64,000 nucleotides of DNA from positions 13,211-77,210 of the IMG/VR virus record IMGVR_UViG_3300030503_000315, one strand, 5' to 3'. A model generated the notes under the pieces. That model had not been told where the DNA came from. It worked only from the letters and a program-made list of their open reading frames with translations, and made no database searches. This stretch comes from a virus. The translations under genes were made by a program, and so were the position numbers. Shown here one piece after another: positions 38,187 to 48,261 of the stretch (position 1 is its first letter; the number at the start of each line of letters is the position of its first letter).

Positions 38187-38542
38187 TGTATGGCTCCGAA
38201 TTGGCTGCGCAGATCCATGATCTCAGGCTTGACCTTCTTGGTAGGCTTGAACTGCGAAACGTTGTAGCGTATGTCCTTGAACAAGGTCTGCGCATTGTAA
38301 CCTTCGGCAGAGAATCCACCTGCGCTATCCTTGTCCATGAAGTTGAACTCTAGTACATCTTCTCGGGTATCCAAATCAAGTTGAGCCTTGAACAACGAGG
38401 AGCGCCATATAACTGTTTGATGATCTTTAAGTTCATCAATGACGAAATTCTTACCAAGGATCTTAGAGATAGCCTTCAACGCTACACCCGCTTCGTGGTG
38501 CGCGTCAGCGAATAGTCGGAATGCAGCGTTGATTTGGAACAT
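38183..38542 (-). CDS. Tagged putative internal head protein (family A)
   Basis: N-terminus MFQINAAFRLFAD. Confidence 0.65.
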   Translation of the reverse strand: MFQINAAFRLFADAHHEAGVALKAISKILGKNFVIDELKDHQTVIWRSSLFKAQLDLDTREDVLEFNFMDKDSAGGFSAEGYNAQTLFKDIRYNVSQFKPTKKVKPEIMDLRSQFGAIQ

Positions 38543-38544
38543 AC

Positions 38545-39063
38545 TTAACCCTCGTCTTTGTGGTAAAAGACCATGGTCCAGATGACTTCCGTCTTCGGAT
38601 CATCTACCATGTCATTACTATCCGGATCCTTCTTAAAGTCACCTACCTTATACGGATCCTTTACAAATCCAGTTACGAATGCATTCTTTATTTGTTTAGC
38701 TTGCTGTGCGGTGGGTTGTTTCTTCTTATCGAAAGTAAACATAAGCGCAGTAGTTTCTGGCATGTCTACGTCTTTCACGGTGACACCCGCAGCTTTACAC
38801 GCTTTCTCACCCAAGACTATAGCTTGCTTTATTGCAGAACCAAAACCGGCAGCCTTAACCAAGGAAGCGCCTTTCATCTTCTTCATATCTCGTTCGAGGG
38901 CTTTCTTTTTCTTTGAATCTGCACCAGGCGGTTTTGCTATCGGTTTTCTAGCTGGCTTCTTTGGTTTGGCACCCGGAGGAGTCGCTACTTCTTTCCCTGC
39001 AGCCTCAATCTCAATTCCCTCGGTCGCGAGTAAGCGTTTCGTTGCATTGATTTGGATCTTCAT
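38545..39063 (-). CDS. Tagged putative internal head protein (Lys-rich linker plus family B domain)
   Basis: N-terminus MKIQINATKRLLATEGIEIEAA; internal SLVKAA. Confidence 0.65.
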   Translation of the reverse strand: MKIQINATKRLLATEGIEIEAAGKEVATPPGAKPKKPARKPIAKPPGADSKKKKALERDMKKMKGASLVKAAGFGSAIKQAIVLGEKACKAAGVTVKDVDMPETTALMFTFDKKKQPTAQQAKQIKNAFVTGFVKDPYKVGDFKKDPDSNDMVDDPKTEVIWTMVFYHKDEG

Positions 39064-39374
39064 TTCTTATTCCTCTGCATATGATGATGCCTACGAGTAT
39101 GGCATCCTAGACAAAGATGTATGACGTTTCCCATGGTCGTAGTTCCTCCGCGACTTAGGGGAATTATGTGGTGGCAATCACAGGCTTTACCACCACATCT
39201 TTCACCATTTATTCGAGCTTCACACCTTCCACCACTTCTCTTCGCAACCTTGTTCTGAATCTCATACCAACCAGTCTTGGTGTTCATACCATTGACCGTG
39301 GAATAAGACTCACGACGAATCGACGCCGTACCAGAAGCACGTCGAGGCGCTGTTCGAACTCGACGTTGCCACAT
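39060..39374 (-). CDS. HNH endonuclease (packaging-associated type)
   Basis: RCE...C...HHIIPLSRGG...N..LCLGCH..RH. Confidence 0.85.
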   Translation of the reverse strand: MWQRRVRTAPRRASGTASIRRESYSTVNGMNTKTGWYEIQNKVAKRSGGRCEARINGERCGGKACDCHHIIPLSRGGTTTMGNVIHLCLGCHTRRHHHMQRNKK

Positions 39375-39376
39375 GG

Positions 39377-39856
39377 TTAGACTACCGTGATCTGGCTAGC
39401 GTAGAACGGACCAACCGACGAACCATAGAACGTCGTGGTAACGTACGGAGTGTATTTGCCAGGAGCGCTATACGTGTGCGAGGAAGGATTGCCGGTACCC
39501 GTGCCGCCATCGCCGTAGTTCCAATCGAATGCCGTAGCTTCACCACCAGCTTGAGTGACGCTAAAGTTCCATTGGTAGCTCGTGGCATATGAACCAGTTG
39601 CGGGAGCAGCAGCCGGATTTGCAGTGTAACCTTTACCAGACGAAACCGCAGTAGCAAAGTTCGGGTTCACCACGCCAGAGTATGCAAAACCATACCCAGC
39701 ATTTTGTTCATCGATAGGGAGACCAGTTGTGTAAGCGACAGAACGAATGTAGTACCACCACGATTGTTGGCACACCGGACCCCACTCGCCATTGCCATCA
39801 ACCTTGTAGCCTTGAGTTTGCAAAGTTGCAATTGCTTCTGCATAAGAATAAGCCAT
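39377..39856 (-). CDS. PKD-domain virion protein
   Basis: FDWNYGDGGTGTGNPSSHTYSAPGKYT is a canonical PKD signature. Confidence 0.8.
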   Translation of the reverse strand: MAYSYAEAIATLQTQGYKVDGNGEWGPVCQQSWWYYIRSVAYTTGLPIDEQNAGYGFAYSGVVNPNFATAVSSGKGYTANPAAAPATGSYATSYQWNFSVTQAGGEATAFDWNYGDGGTGTGNPSSHTYSAPGKYTPYVTTTFYGSSVGPFYASQITVV

Positions 39857-39904
39857 CTTAAAACCTCTTTCGATTTGGATTGATCTTTACCACACTAACA
39901 TGGA

Positions 39905-39912
39905 ATCAAATT
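39905..39912 (-). promoter_or_regulatory. Putative late promoter AATTTGAT
   Basis: Recurrent octamer in the gap upstream of 39856. Confidence 0.6.
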
Positions 39913-39915
39913 AGA

Positions 39916-40296
39916 CTATTGACCTTGAGGACCACCCGGAGGACAGTCTGGTTTGGAAGGACCTTCACCCGACGCACGCTTAGCTAGGGCAAAGCCGATG
40001 GCAGGAACCAAGGCGGAACATCCAGCGGAGAATGCACCGAACGTCGCTGCCAGAGCTGTGGAGAATCCACTGATATCAAGTGCATGATGGTTGTACTGGT
40101 ATAAGCCCCAGGCGACGATAATTCCGAAGCCGCCGAAACCCCCGATTGCAAACGCTGTACCAAAGCAGAGGGCAAGTAGGCGAATCAGGTCATACGACTC
40201 GCCATCCGACTCTGTTAAGATGTGACGAAAGAAGGTGCGAGGAAATTGAAATCTAGGTACGTATCGTATTATGGTAGTCCACATGGAAATCACCAC
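39916..40296 (-). CDS. Membrane protein with two transmembrane segments (holin-like)
   Basis: T..DG..YD..R followed by two hydrophobic helices. Confidence 0.5.
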   Translation of the reverse strand: MVISMWTTIIRYVPRFQFPRTFFRHILTESDGESYDLIRLLALCFGTAFAIGGFGGFGIIVAWGLYQYNHHALDISGFSTALAATFGAFSAGCSALVPAIGFALAKRASGEGPSKPDCPPGGPQGQ

Positions 40297-40844
40297 AAAT
40301 CTATGTTAAGGATGGAATTCCTGACGCTGATAGAAATCTCGGTTCCACCTTTTGAGAACACATCCATCTTCGAGGACATGGCACCACGAGGATTGAACTT
40401 GTAACCATCGTGTGTAAGACGATCAATGAATTCCGCAGCCTTCTTATATGCCTCTGAAGGATGAGAGAACTTGAAACTATTCCCTCCTGCCGAGATATCA
40501 AGATTGTCTTCCTTGACTTCTTCTACTTTAGCGTCGGCTTGAACTTTGAATGCATCTTCGATAGTATATTCTTCACCATCAACCATGATATCGTGAATCT
40601 TATCCGCACCATCACCATCAAATCCAAACTTCATGTCGCCTTCTTCAAGTCCTAGTTGCGAGGACGCAGGCACATCTTCCACGGTGATAGTGCGAGAGGC
40701 ACCGGCTGACCCAAGATAGGCTAGTACCCTAAGTAATTTTGGGATAATGAACTTCGCTTCACCTTGGGCTTTGAATGATATCAAAGACTCATCTCGATAA
40801 TCATCTTCGGTAGCATATAGTCTTGTTGCTGAATTGATCTTCAT
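40290..40844 (-). CDS. Tagged two-domain putative internal head protein
   Basis: N-terminus MKINSATRLYATE; KVQA linker before a family C domain. Confidence 0.65.
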   Translation of the reverse strand: MKINSATRLYATEDDYRDESLISFKAQGEAKFIIPKLLRVLAYLGSAGASRTITVEDVPASSQLGLEEGDMKFGFDGDGADKIHDIMVDGEEYTIEDAFKVQADAKVEEVKEDNLDISAGGNSFKFSHPSEAYKKAAEFIDRLTHDGYKFNPRGAMSSKMDVFSKGGTEISISVRNSILNIDLW

Positions 40845-40853
40845 CGATAGGAC

Positions 40854-42419
40854 TCACTGAGGAGAGACGTTGACAAAGGCCGGGCCAAGTGGAGAGATGC
40901 TATAGTTACGACCCCACATATTAGCCGCAGTAATTGTTAACCCTACCGCCCCAATGGCGCCGATCTGTAGAGCACCTGCATTGGCACCAACAGAACCATC
41001 TCCAGTTGTATTGCCTTTTATTATCAAATTCTGTTTCACAAGTTTGAGTTCGTTATCCAATTGAGTTTGGATATTCCCAATCATCGTCTCGAGGAACCCA
41101 GTACGATCGACGTCCAGTGAAATCGCAGCACCCTGGAAGTTGAACGCTTTCATTCCTTCTGCAAGGTATTGAGCCTGCAGAGCATATTTTTCAGCACACA
41201 GCAACCAGTACTCGCGAACGACACCCAAGGCATTAGTCATGGTGAACGAAGAGAACTGACCATAAGCACCATTGAACTCATCCGCACCACGACGAAGCCA
41301 GGTCATCACCGTAGGATCCGTATAGAGCAAATCGGGCGTTCCATACAACGTTGTCAACGCCTTGTTTACCTTGGCACGAACATCGTTGATAGCAGACATG
41401 ATGGATGCGTTCACTACGTACAGCTCAGTGTGTTCCTGATAAACCATTGCCTGATTCGCCGACATCCAGTACTTCCAGATGACGGTGTAGGGTACCAAGG
41501 AAACCATCAAGCCGGAGGTGTCGACAACACCCGCCCAATACCAACCATCTGCCGTGCGTTGATACTCTGTGATGCGCACAGGCATAACCAACTGGTTGCC
41601 ATTTGCCCACAGTTCCACGGTAACAAAATCGTACAGACGATCTGTAACCAGAGCCAGGGTTGCGGGAGCACCTTGAAGTTCTACGGTCGGTTGAACGCCA
41701 AGAGGAACCGTATTCAATCCAACTATGCGGATGTTCTCAAACTGGAAGAACGTGTTCTGACTAACCTGACCTGTTAGAGGATCGGTAGGCAGACCTGAGA
41801 CCTGCGGTAGCTCCAGGGTGTAGCGGAGTTGATAGTGTTGGTTGTTTAACGACGGTGGCATGGTCGAAGGCGCAACGATAACGCATTGCGCCTTGACAGT
41901 ATTTGCTAACCCATTGGAAACAACCTGATAGTTATAGGCGTTCCCTGCTGCATAGACAGTGCCATCGTCTGCCAGAAGCTCATACGTAACGAATCCTCCT
42001 CGCGGATCTATCTGAGGAGGAAAGGAAAATATCGCAGTGCCGATTGCCGCATTACCAGTTTCTAACTGATCTACCAGATCCTGGAATGCCTGAGGATTCT
42101 GCGTAGTGTAGGGATCAAATTCCTGGCTAGTGTAAACTGAGACAGCGATTTGCACCAGGAATACCCGGGCGCTTGTCGTGACCTGCAGTTGAAATCCATA
42201 CGAGGTTTGATCCACGCCGCCAGTTATATCCATGAGAATCACTGAGGCTGTGCCAGACGTGATTGTCGGGACCAAAGGAACTACTGAGGTAGGACTGACT
42301 GTCAGGGCGATAATCGAGGTGATTGTTTCGCCCTGAAGAACAAGAGATGTGATATCTGCCTGGATGACTGAGTCAATGAACGGACTTTTCCAGAAAACAA
42401 ATGGTAGTGTTGAGGCCAT
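40854..42419 (-). CDS. Virion structural protein, possible head-tail adaptor/neck with Ig-like N-terminal domains
   Basis: Beta-rich N-terminus; helical C-terminus (FNF.G.AIS..VDR) resembling neck adaptors. Confidence 0.5.
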   Translation of the reverse strand: MASTLPFVFWKSPFIDSVIQADITSLVLQGETITSIIALTVSPTSVVPLVPTITSGTASVILMDITGGVDQTSYGFQLQVTTSARVFLVQIAVSVYTSQEFDPYTTQNPQAFQDLVDQLETGNAAIGTAIFSFPPQIDPRGGFVTYELLADDGTVYAAGNAYNYQVVSNGLANTVKAQCVIVAPSTMPPSLNNQHYQLRYTLELPQVSGLPTDPLTGQVSQNTFFQFENIRIVGLNTVPLGVQPTVELQGAPATLALVTDRLYDFVTVELWANGNQLVMPVRITEYQRTADGWYWAGVVDTSGLMVSLVPYTVIWKYWMSANQAMVYQEHTELYVVNASIMSAINDVRAKVNKALTTLYGTPDLLYTDPTVMTWLRRGADEFNGAYGQFSSFTMTNALGVVREYWLLCAEKYALQAQYLAEGMKAFNFQGAAISLDVDRTGFLETMIGNIQTQLDNELKLVKQNLIIKGNTTGDGSVGANAGALQIGAIGAVGLTITAANMWGRNYSISPLGPAFVNVSPQ

Positions 42420-43222
42420 TATTTTATTCCTTTAAGCAACTTCTTCAATAGTGGATCTTTGGCTATCAACATTACTGTCTTATCCGTCTTGTCATCCTCA
42501 TTGGCTGGGACAAATCCATAAGGAGTTGCGGGCGCTGGGTTAAGGAACTGGTGTGGATACTTTCCCATCAACCCTTTCCATAAAGCGGAAGCTTTCGCTG
42601 AATGCTTATCCGAGGATAGGAGAGCACGACCCGCTGAGTTCAAAAACCATTTGTAGATTGATGAAATATAACCTTTACCTCGGTAGGCCGTCCTTATATA
42701 AGAGTGTGGGGTAAAGACTAGTTTCTGCCAATGAGAAGGTACCGCTAGCCCCAATTGAAACCGTACGTAGCCTTGAGGCCCACCATTTTTAACTAAGAAG
42801 ACAAAATAGTCCATCTTATCAGTTCCAACCACAAGATATACACCGTCAATCTCAGTTTCAATAATCTTCTTGTCGTCCCCAAGGAATTTCCAGCGCCAAC
42901 TCATAGCTCTTTCGCCTTCAGCGTTGGAATAGTTCAATGTAGAATCCATAGCTTCTATGGTGGTAGCTTTGAGACGACGAATCGAAGACTGAACTGTGAT
43001 CGAAGGTTGCGTAACCGTGTTGACGTTGTGCTGTGAGGCACCGGCCCCGGGCAACATTCCGATGGGGATATCCTCAGCGTCGGGATCTTCATACAACTCT
43101 TCGTCCCCAGCTTCAACAGGGAATCCTCGGTTGCATGTCTGATATAGTTCGAATGATTCTTTTGAATTGTCTTTCACTATTCGTCTGACTGGATGGTTGA
43201 CGGAGGTGTCGTGTCGAGGCAT
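42419..43222 (-). CDS. GNAT-family acetyltransferase-like protein with acidic pro-segment and internal tag
   Basis: YIRTAYRGKGYISSIY (acetyl-CoA motif A), LLSS..HS..A.ALW; preceded by VQSSIRRLKATTIEA. Confidence 0.65.
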   Translation of the reverse strand: MPRHDTSVNHPVRRIVKDNSKESFELYQTCNRGFPVEAGDEELYEDPDAEDIPIGMLPGAGASQHNVNTVTQPSITVQSSIRRLKATTIEAMDSTLNYSNAEGERAMSWRWKFLGDDKKIIETEIDGVYLVVGTDKMDYFVFLVKNGGPQGYVRFQLGLAVPSHWQKLVFTPHSYIRTAYRGKGYISSIYKWFLNSAGRALLSSDKHSAKASALWKGLMGKYPHQFLNPAPATPYGFVPANEDDKTDKTVMLIAKDPLLKKLLKGIK

Positions 43223-43536
43223 ATTATCACCCGCTCTACAGATGTTTGCATAAGCTTTAGTGGTTGCTGTGCCCGCACCCTAACTGAGACGCCCGAGCAA
43301 TACAGACCACCTACTATTTCTTCTTCGTCTTCATGACCCCAACCTAGACCAGACAACGCCATCAACACCTGAGCCATGTTTGACCTAACAACAACCATGT
43401 CTTTGTCATCGTCCGTGAACTCTGCCTTCAGCTTGTGCTGTTTCATGTGGTAAAGCACCGTTGCCATCTGAATCTGTTTAGGGTTCAACTTTGAGGTAGC
43501 AAGAAGACGTGCGCCTGCATTCGTTGCAATCTTCAT
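43177..43536 (-). CDS. Tagged putative internal head protein (family C)
   Basis: N-terminus MKIATNAGARLLATS. Confidence 0.6.
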   Translation of the reverse strand: MKIATNAGARLLATSKLNPKQIQMATVLYHMKQHKLKAEFTDDDKDMVVVRSNMAQVLMALSGLGWGHEDEEEIVGGLYCSGVSVRVRAQQPLKLMQTSVERVIICLDTTPPSTIQSDE

Positions 43537-43544
43537 AACTGCTC

Positions 43545-44030
43545 CTAGTTAAGACCGTATATCTCTTGACGGTGTAGGAGATTCTTCAGTTGCGTTTTGT
43601 TCAACGCCCTGAATTGCTTCTTGGTCATCTGGACATAGGTGTTCTCATCTTTCCAATACCCATAGTCCACGCTTTTGTCACCAGACTTTAGCATCTCAGG
43701 AGTATATTGGATATTGACTTCCTTCTCAACTCCATCCGAACCAACAAATACTGCCTGAGAAGGGAATCCCTTACGCGTCTTCAATACCTTGCGATTGGAA
43801 GTACCACCCAGACTTTCGATTATCTTACTACGTAATTTAGATAGGAATGTCTCTTCTTCAGGCGAGTCAACACTATCCACAACGTCGTCTACGTCCTCTC
43901 CCCTACTAGGAGTCCAACCTTTGGCATACTTAGAGTTCGGATGTTCCTTTACGTATTCCTTCTTCTGTATCTCAGAGAGGGAATCAAACCATGAAGCCAT
44001 AAGGCGGCGCGCAGCGTTAATCTTAATCAT
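43545..44030 (-). CDS. Tagged putative internal head protein with W.D.LS...Q..Y...HP.SKY module
   Basis: N-terminus MIKINAARRLMAS. Confidence 0.65.
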   Translation of the reverse strand: MIKINAARRLMASWFDSLSEIQKKEYVKEHPNSKYAKGWTPSRGEDVDDVVDSVDSPEEETFLSKLRSKIIESLGGTSNRKVLKTRKGFPSQAVFVGSDGVEKEVNIQYTPEMLKSGDKSVDYGYWKDENTYVQMTKKQFRALNKTQLKNLLHRQEIYGLN

Positions 44031-45475
44031 TTTTCCTCCGGACGTTCACCTGGCTTAAAATTCCAGGGGTTACCTTCCAAACCAGGACGTTCTGGTTTCT
44101 TCTTGGGTTCTTCTTCACCCTGATTCAGGATGTTCACGACCTTACGCAACTGTGTATCGTTGATGCCAAACTTGTCCTTCAGGAATTCCGCGTCGCCATA
44201 ATCTACCTCACCCTTCTGTGCAACATTCACCACATTGAACTCAATCGAATTCTTTGAGGGCTTCATTCTAAGTTTGGCAGAACGAGAATTCTTAAACAGC
44301 GACTTCACTTCCTGATAGAGAGGGTATTTGATCTCATCTAGTTGTTCAGGAGTCACACCCGGTCGTAGATCGAACACCAGTTTATCGGCATCGATCGATA
44401 CCTTCTTGATGAATGACTTATAGGTGAACATGCCTTCAGTGATCTTCGATGGGTCCATCTTTAACTGGGTTGCAAGAGGGACGGTACCAAGTGCAGTAGC
44501 AAAATCTTCCATGTCCAGTAGATGAGAGATTGCCTTGACGGCCTCACCAGCAGAACCAACTGAAGTACCAGGATCCTTCATGAGAGCATTTGGTAATTCA
44601 TATTCGTGGTTGATCTGAACATGCACTGACTCACCAACAATCCATTGCACAGAGATGTACAGATGAGGCGTTACCTTGCCTTCATCATTCGTAGCATTCT
44701 GCAGCATAAGGTAATACGTGAATGCCAAGGCGCCTTCGGGAGTAGCGGATACGTAGAGGAACACCTGATTTGATTCAAACAGTACATGCTCTTGCACTTC
44801 CTGCACGATGGCTTCCATGTAACGTTTGAATGTCCGAGGCAAATGTTCTGCAGCCACCTCATTCAGGAAGCCCAGCACTTCTTTCAGACGATCTGCTACT
44901 TTGGCCTTCAACGCGCGTAAGGACGAGATCGCTTCCTCATAGGCAGGACCACGCTTGTCTGGGAATTGCATCGCCAGTTGGGTCTCGATGGCTTCAAGTG
45001 TGCGATGTTTCTCATACAGATCTTCCGACAATCCGTATTGCTCTTTCAGCTTTTCGATCTGGGGGACGACAACCTTGGTCAACTCAGGATCAATCTTGCG
45101 CTTCAGGTGAGAACGTTTTGCACCAGCGTCCGGAGTAATGTTGAACTCGAATGTTGCGGCTTTGACTAGTGATGCCTGAATCCATTCCCGGGGTTTACGG
45201 AGGTGAGCCAGCTGTTTTTGTTGGATCTTTATAATCTGATCCAACTCATCAATCTCGCCCGCCATCTGATCCAGGAATCGCGTGACGTCATCTATATAGC
45301 GGAATTTCGGTAGTTCAACCGCACATACCTTTGTCTTACGCTCAGCTAAGGACGCACGGATACGCTTGATACTGTTGCTTTTGATTTTCAGTTTAGTTTT
45401 GGCCTGAACTGTTTTGCCCTTAGTCTCTGTAGCTTTGAGTCGTGACCCAGCTTTGATCTGCATTTTTGTTCTCAC
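44027..45475 (-). CDS. Large tagged putative internal head protein
   Basis: MQIKAGSRLKATE (ATG at 45463), IKSNSIKRIRAS, SLVKAA; late motif at 45503. Confidence 0.6.
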   Translation of the reverse strand: MRTKMQIKAGSRLKATETKGKTVQAKTKLKIKSNSIKRIRASLAERKTKVCAVELPKFRYIDDVTRFLDQMAGEIDELDQIIKIQQKQLAHLRKPREWIQASLVKAATFEFNITPDAGAKRSHLKRKIDPELTKVVVPQIEKLKEQYGLSEDLYEKHRTLEAIETQLAMQFPDKRGPAYEEAISSLRALKAKVADRLKEVLGFLNEVAAEHLPRTFKRYMEAIVQEVQEHVLFESNQVFLYVSATPEGALAFTYYLMLQNATNDEGKVTPHLYISVQWIVGESVHVQINHEYELPNALMKDPGTSVGSAGEAVKAISHLLDMEDFATALGTVPLATQLKMDPSKITEGMFTYKSFIKKVSIDADKLVFDLRPGVTPEQLDEIKYPLYQEVKSLFKNSRSAKLRMKPSKNSIEFNVVNVAQKGEVDYGDAEFLKDKFGINDTQLRKVVNILNQGEEEPKKKPERPGLEGNPWNFKPGERPEEK

Positions 45476-45502
45476 TCTGAAACGTGATATAGATTAGATA
45501 CA

Positions 45503-45510
45503 ATGAAATT
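45503..45510 (-). promoter_or_regulatory. Putative late promoter AATTTCAT
   Basis: Recurrent octamer in a short intergenic gap. Confidence 0.55.
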
Positions 45511-45516
45511 CGAATG

Positions 45517-46779
45517 TTAAGCGCGGTCCGAAGCACCATAACCATTGTCGCGAACTGCTTGAGTTGTTCTGTCTTTGTTAGGCAGACGACCACGATGCGG
45601 CAGTATGCGGAATATTTCCTGAGGCTGAATGACCCGAACCTGACACTCAGGACCCAAGATATTCCTCTGCCTCGTAACCCAAGGGTTAGTATTCTGGACC
45701 ACAAGGACCTTTCCTAACTGCGATTCGACAATCACGTCCATTGATTCTATATGTGGGATATTTGGGCTCATGATAATCTGAAACGGTTCCATCTGCTCAA
45801 GCAGGGAGGTATCAGCAGAGCGAGGACGCTTCGGAAACTCAAAGTAGAGTTGTTCGTGCGTCATGGTGAACTGAATCTCGAAGTGAGTAAAGTCACCTGA
45901 GAACAATGCAGTTACGAGGTGGGGCTTACCATCGCAGAAGCCAAGCAGCTGCGGGAAGCTTGTGATTGTTTGGGTATCGACCTGGTACTGAACAGGTACG
46001 ACCTTCAAACCATTCCAGACCTTAAATGCATCGACTAGCAAGGCACCTCTAGGCAGGATGATCTTTTGATTGAAACCCCGAACATCCCGGGCAACCCAAG
46101 GACGTTCCGTGACATCAATATCTCCGTCAATCAATGCGAGGTCAGCCACGGTGTAGACCTGACGATTCGAATTGAACGGTGCGTATCCTCCGACGAATCC
46201 ATTGCCGAAGCAGATAGGACATGCTACGTCTGAGTAACCAAGAACAGACGTATCGAAGTCGCCTATTAGATCATCAATGTCGATCGGGTTGGACGGACCA
46301 TTGTCCCCAAAGGCTTCTTCGTCTGGGTTGACATCTGCGAAAGGGAATTCAAGATCGGGTGTAACGATATCAAAGACGCCAAGATTCTTGTTGCCTGGGT
46401 TGAACTGTGTGCCAGAGTTGTGAGGTGACGTCTCGCCGTTCGCGCCGGACTGACCAGGATGATTGGCGGTGTAGTTTTGCCCATAAGGAGTGATGTCGAA
46501 ACTCATATCTCCGGTGAGCATACGGTTGATCGTACCTTCCGAGGCTTTGCCATCCTCGTTCAACAAGCCGTTGAGTTGCTTGCGTGAAGCCTGGCAGTTG
46601 CACTTCCGACCTTGAGTGAGACGGTTGTACGCAACGCATTCCAAACCTTGAATTCGGAACGCGTTGTAGTAGCGACGCTGGAACGTTGGAACTATCTCGG
46701 AGACAGCACGTTCTGCGACATCGGCATTGATGTTATTTGCTGGGGTGATCTTGTTATTGGTGCGGTAAATCGAGGGCAC
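45517..46779 (-). CDS. Virion protein, possible head closure/neck protein with zinc motif
   Basis: G.KCNC...CPICFGNGFVGGY motif; late motif upstream. Confidence 0.5.
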   Translation of the reverse strand: MPSIYRTNNKITPANNINADVAERAVSEIVPTFQRRYYNAFRIQGLECVAYNRLTQGRKCNCQASRKQLNGLLNEDGKASEGTINRMLTGDMSFDITPYGQNYTANHPGQSGANGETSPHNSGTQFNPGNKNLGVFDIVTPDLEFPFADVNPDEEAFGDNGPSNPIDIDDLIGDFDTSVLGYSDVACPICFGNGFVGGYAPFNSNRQVYTVADLALIDGDIDVTERPWVARDVRGFNQKIILPRGALLVDAFKVWNGLKVVPVQYQVDTQTITSFPQLLGFCDGKPHLVTALFSGDFTHFEIQFTMTHEQLYFEFPKRPRSADTSLLEQMEPFQIIMSPNIPHIESMDVIVESQLGKVLVVQNTNPWVTRQRNILGPECQVRVIQPQEIFRILPHRGRLPNKDRTTQAVRDNGYGASDRA

Positions 46780-46811
46780 TGGGACCTCCCTTCTTTCATC
46801 GTTCTATTACG

Positions 46812-46819
46812 ATGAAATT
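46812..46819 (-). promoter_or_regulatory. Putative late promoter AATTTCAT
   Basis: Recurrent octamer about 33 nt before the GTG at 46779. Confidence 0.55.
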
Positions 46820-46853
46820 TGAGAGGCTAGCCTCATTGAGTTGAACTCGAAGT

Positions 46854-47246
46854 TCAGGCAACCAGAACAGGTTGCGGAGTATCTACTTCTTGCTTCTTGT
46901 AAATGTAGGGAGCGAACACTTCTTTCATCTTTGCCACAGCTTCGTCTACCGATTTGGAATAGTACTTGTCCGACTTGAACTCAAACTTTCCAATCCTGCG
47001 GTCGATGAATATCTCATTGCACAGCGAGACCTTGATGTTGATTCCCAGCTTGTGGTTGTGAATGGAAATCGAGCGATCAAACCAAATGTGTTCCCAGTTT
47101 TTACTCAATTGTGGTTTAAGTTCCTTCCAACCCGCATCAATCTGTGTCTTCCGATACTCAATCGTATCAAAATATGCACTATGGATCTGTACCTTCCGGA
47201 GGTTAGAACTAACCTCTTTGCTATAGTAGCCGTTAAAGTGTTTCAT
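46854..47246 (-). CDS. Hypothetical protein
   Basis: 130-aa in-line ORF. Confidence 0.55.
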   Translation of the reverse strand: MKHFNGYYSKEVSSNLRKVQIHSAYFDTIEYRKTQIDAGWKELKPQLSKNWEHIWFDRSISIHNHKLGINIKVSLCNEIFIDRRIGKFEFKSDKYYSKSVDEAVAKMKEVFAPYIYKKQEVDTPQPVLVA

Positions 47247-47267
47247 CTTTATCTCACCTGGTTAGGT

Positions 47268-47894
47268 TTATTCTTTCGCGAAGATAGCAAATCTCATTGC
47301 CTTGTGCTTCAACATCTGACCCCACGGATTATCCTTTGGTGGGTTAGTTGTTATCAACCTGAGGTCGGCTCGCATATCGATCTCTTCAACTGACCTCAAG
47401 TTAAGATCAGCAAGTACTATTTTATTTCCACGATTGAGTGCGCGAAACATTAGGCGGATCCAGAAATTCTTTCCGTCCTGTGTTTGGATTTTGTCCGACA
47501 TGATAGCTGGATATTTCTTAAGCAGATAATCAAACACCACTTTGTAGGTGAGTCCATCTGCCTTCTCATCTTCCATGGAACGCCACACCGCAGTCTGTGT
47601 TACCTTCTTGCCTAGAAGAGATCTCTTCTGCTCTTCCAGCTGTACGTAGTACCCAATGAGATCTTCCTTTGGATTGTACATAAAGATGTAACCCTTGTTG
47701 GTTCCTACTCTGTAAACTTTTACCCCGTCACCAAGATCAAAAATCTCTTGAGGATTTTTCTTCAGAAGAGATTTTGCCAACTTTCTATTTGTTATCTCGT
47801 TCCCAAGAACTTTGGCGAAGTGTGCATTCTCATTGTCGGTAAGATATGGCATGGCAATCGTTAGACTTTGCCCATCCTCTATATCTGGGTTCAT
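47268..47894 (-). CDS. GNAT-like protein without the tag
   Basis: VTQTAVWR...GL...V..YL...AIMSDKIQT.DG..FW parallels the 42419 GNAT; start set at MNPDIE (GAGG SD). Confidence 0.5.
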   Translation of the reverse strand: MNPDIEDGQSLTIAMPYLTDNENAHFAKVLGNEITNRKLAKSLLKKNPQEIFDLGDGVKVYRVGTNKGYIFMYNPKEDLIGYYVQLEEQKRSLLGKKVTQTAVWRSMEDEKADGLTYKVVFDYLLKKYPAIMSDKIQTQDGKNFWIRLMFRALNRGNKIVLADLNLRSVEEIDMRADLRLITTNPPKDNPWGQMLKHKAMRFAIFAKE

Positions 47895-47922
47895 CTTGCC
47901 CTCAGTGGTTAGGTACACCATA

Positions 47923-47931
47923 TATTTACTA
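47923..47931 (-). promoter_or_regulatory. Putative promoter TAGTAAATA
   Basis: About 29 nt before the ATG at 47894. Confidence 0.45.
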
Positions 47932-47938
47932 TCTACTG

Positions 47939-48250
47939 TTAGTTCCGATCTTCAAGCGACGTAATTTTTGTTCGGTTGGAATCTGCAGGTTCCAGTTCGA
48001 TCTCGAACTTACCTTTGGAGAATCTGTACGGAGGATTCTCCGGCTTACCTCGAAATTCCCAACCTTCATTCTGCAAACACAATGTTACTTCGTGTGGTGT
48101 AGCTTCTAGGATAGCGTACTTTGCGTACTCATCCGGACGGTCGTAGGAAAAATGCAAAGTACGTAGCCAGTTATCGAAAGAATCAGCCTCTCTTACCATC
48201 CCATCTTCGTCAGTTGATGCTAAGCGTAGAGCGGAGTTAATCTTCATCAT
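47939..48250 (-). CDS. Tagged putative internal head protein (family C)
   Basis: N-terminus MMKINSALRLAST. Confidence 0.65.
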   Translation of the reverse strand: MMKINSALRLASTDEDGMVREADSFDNWLRTLHFSYDRPDEYAKYAILEATPHEVTLCLQNEGWEFRGKPENPPYRFSKGKFEIELEPADSNRTKITSLEDRN

Positions 48251-48261
48251 AATCTTATACT

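Noticed and set aside
12846..39374. The two HNH genes as intron-encoded homing endonucleases
   Set aside because: Both are short, free-standing and coupled to neighbours; no split host gene is evident
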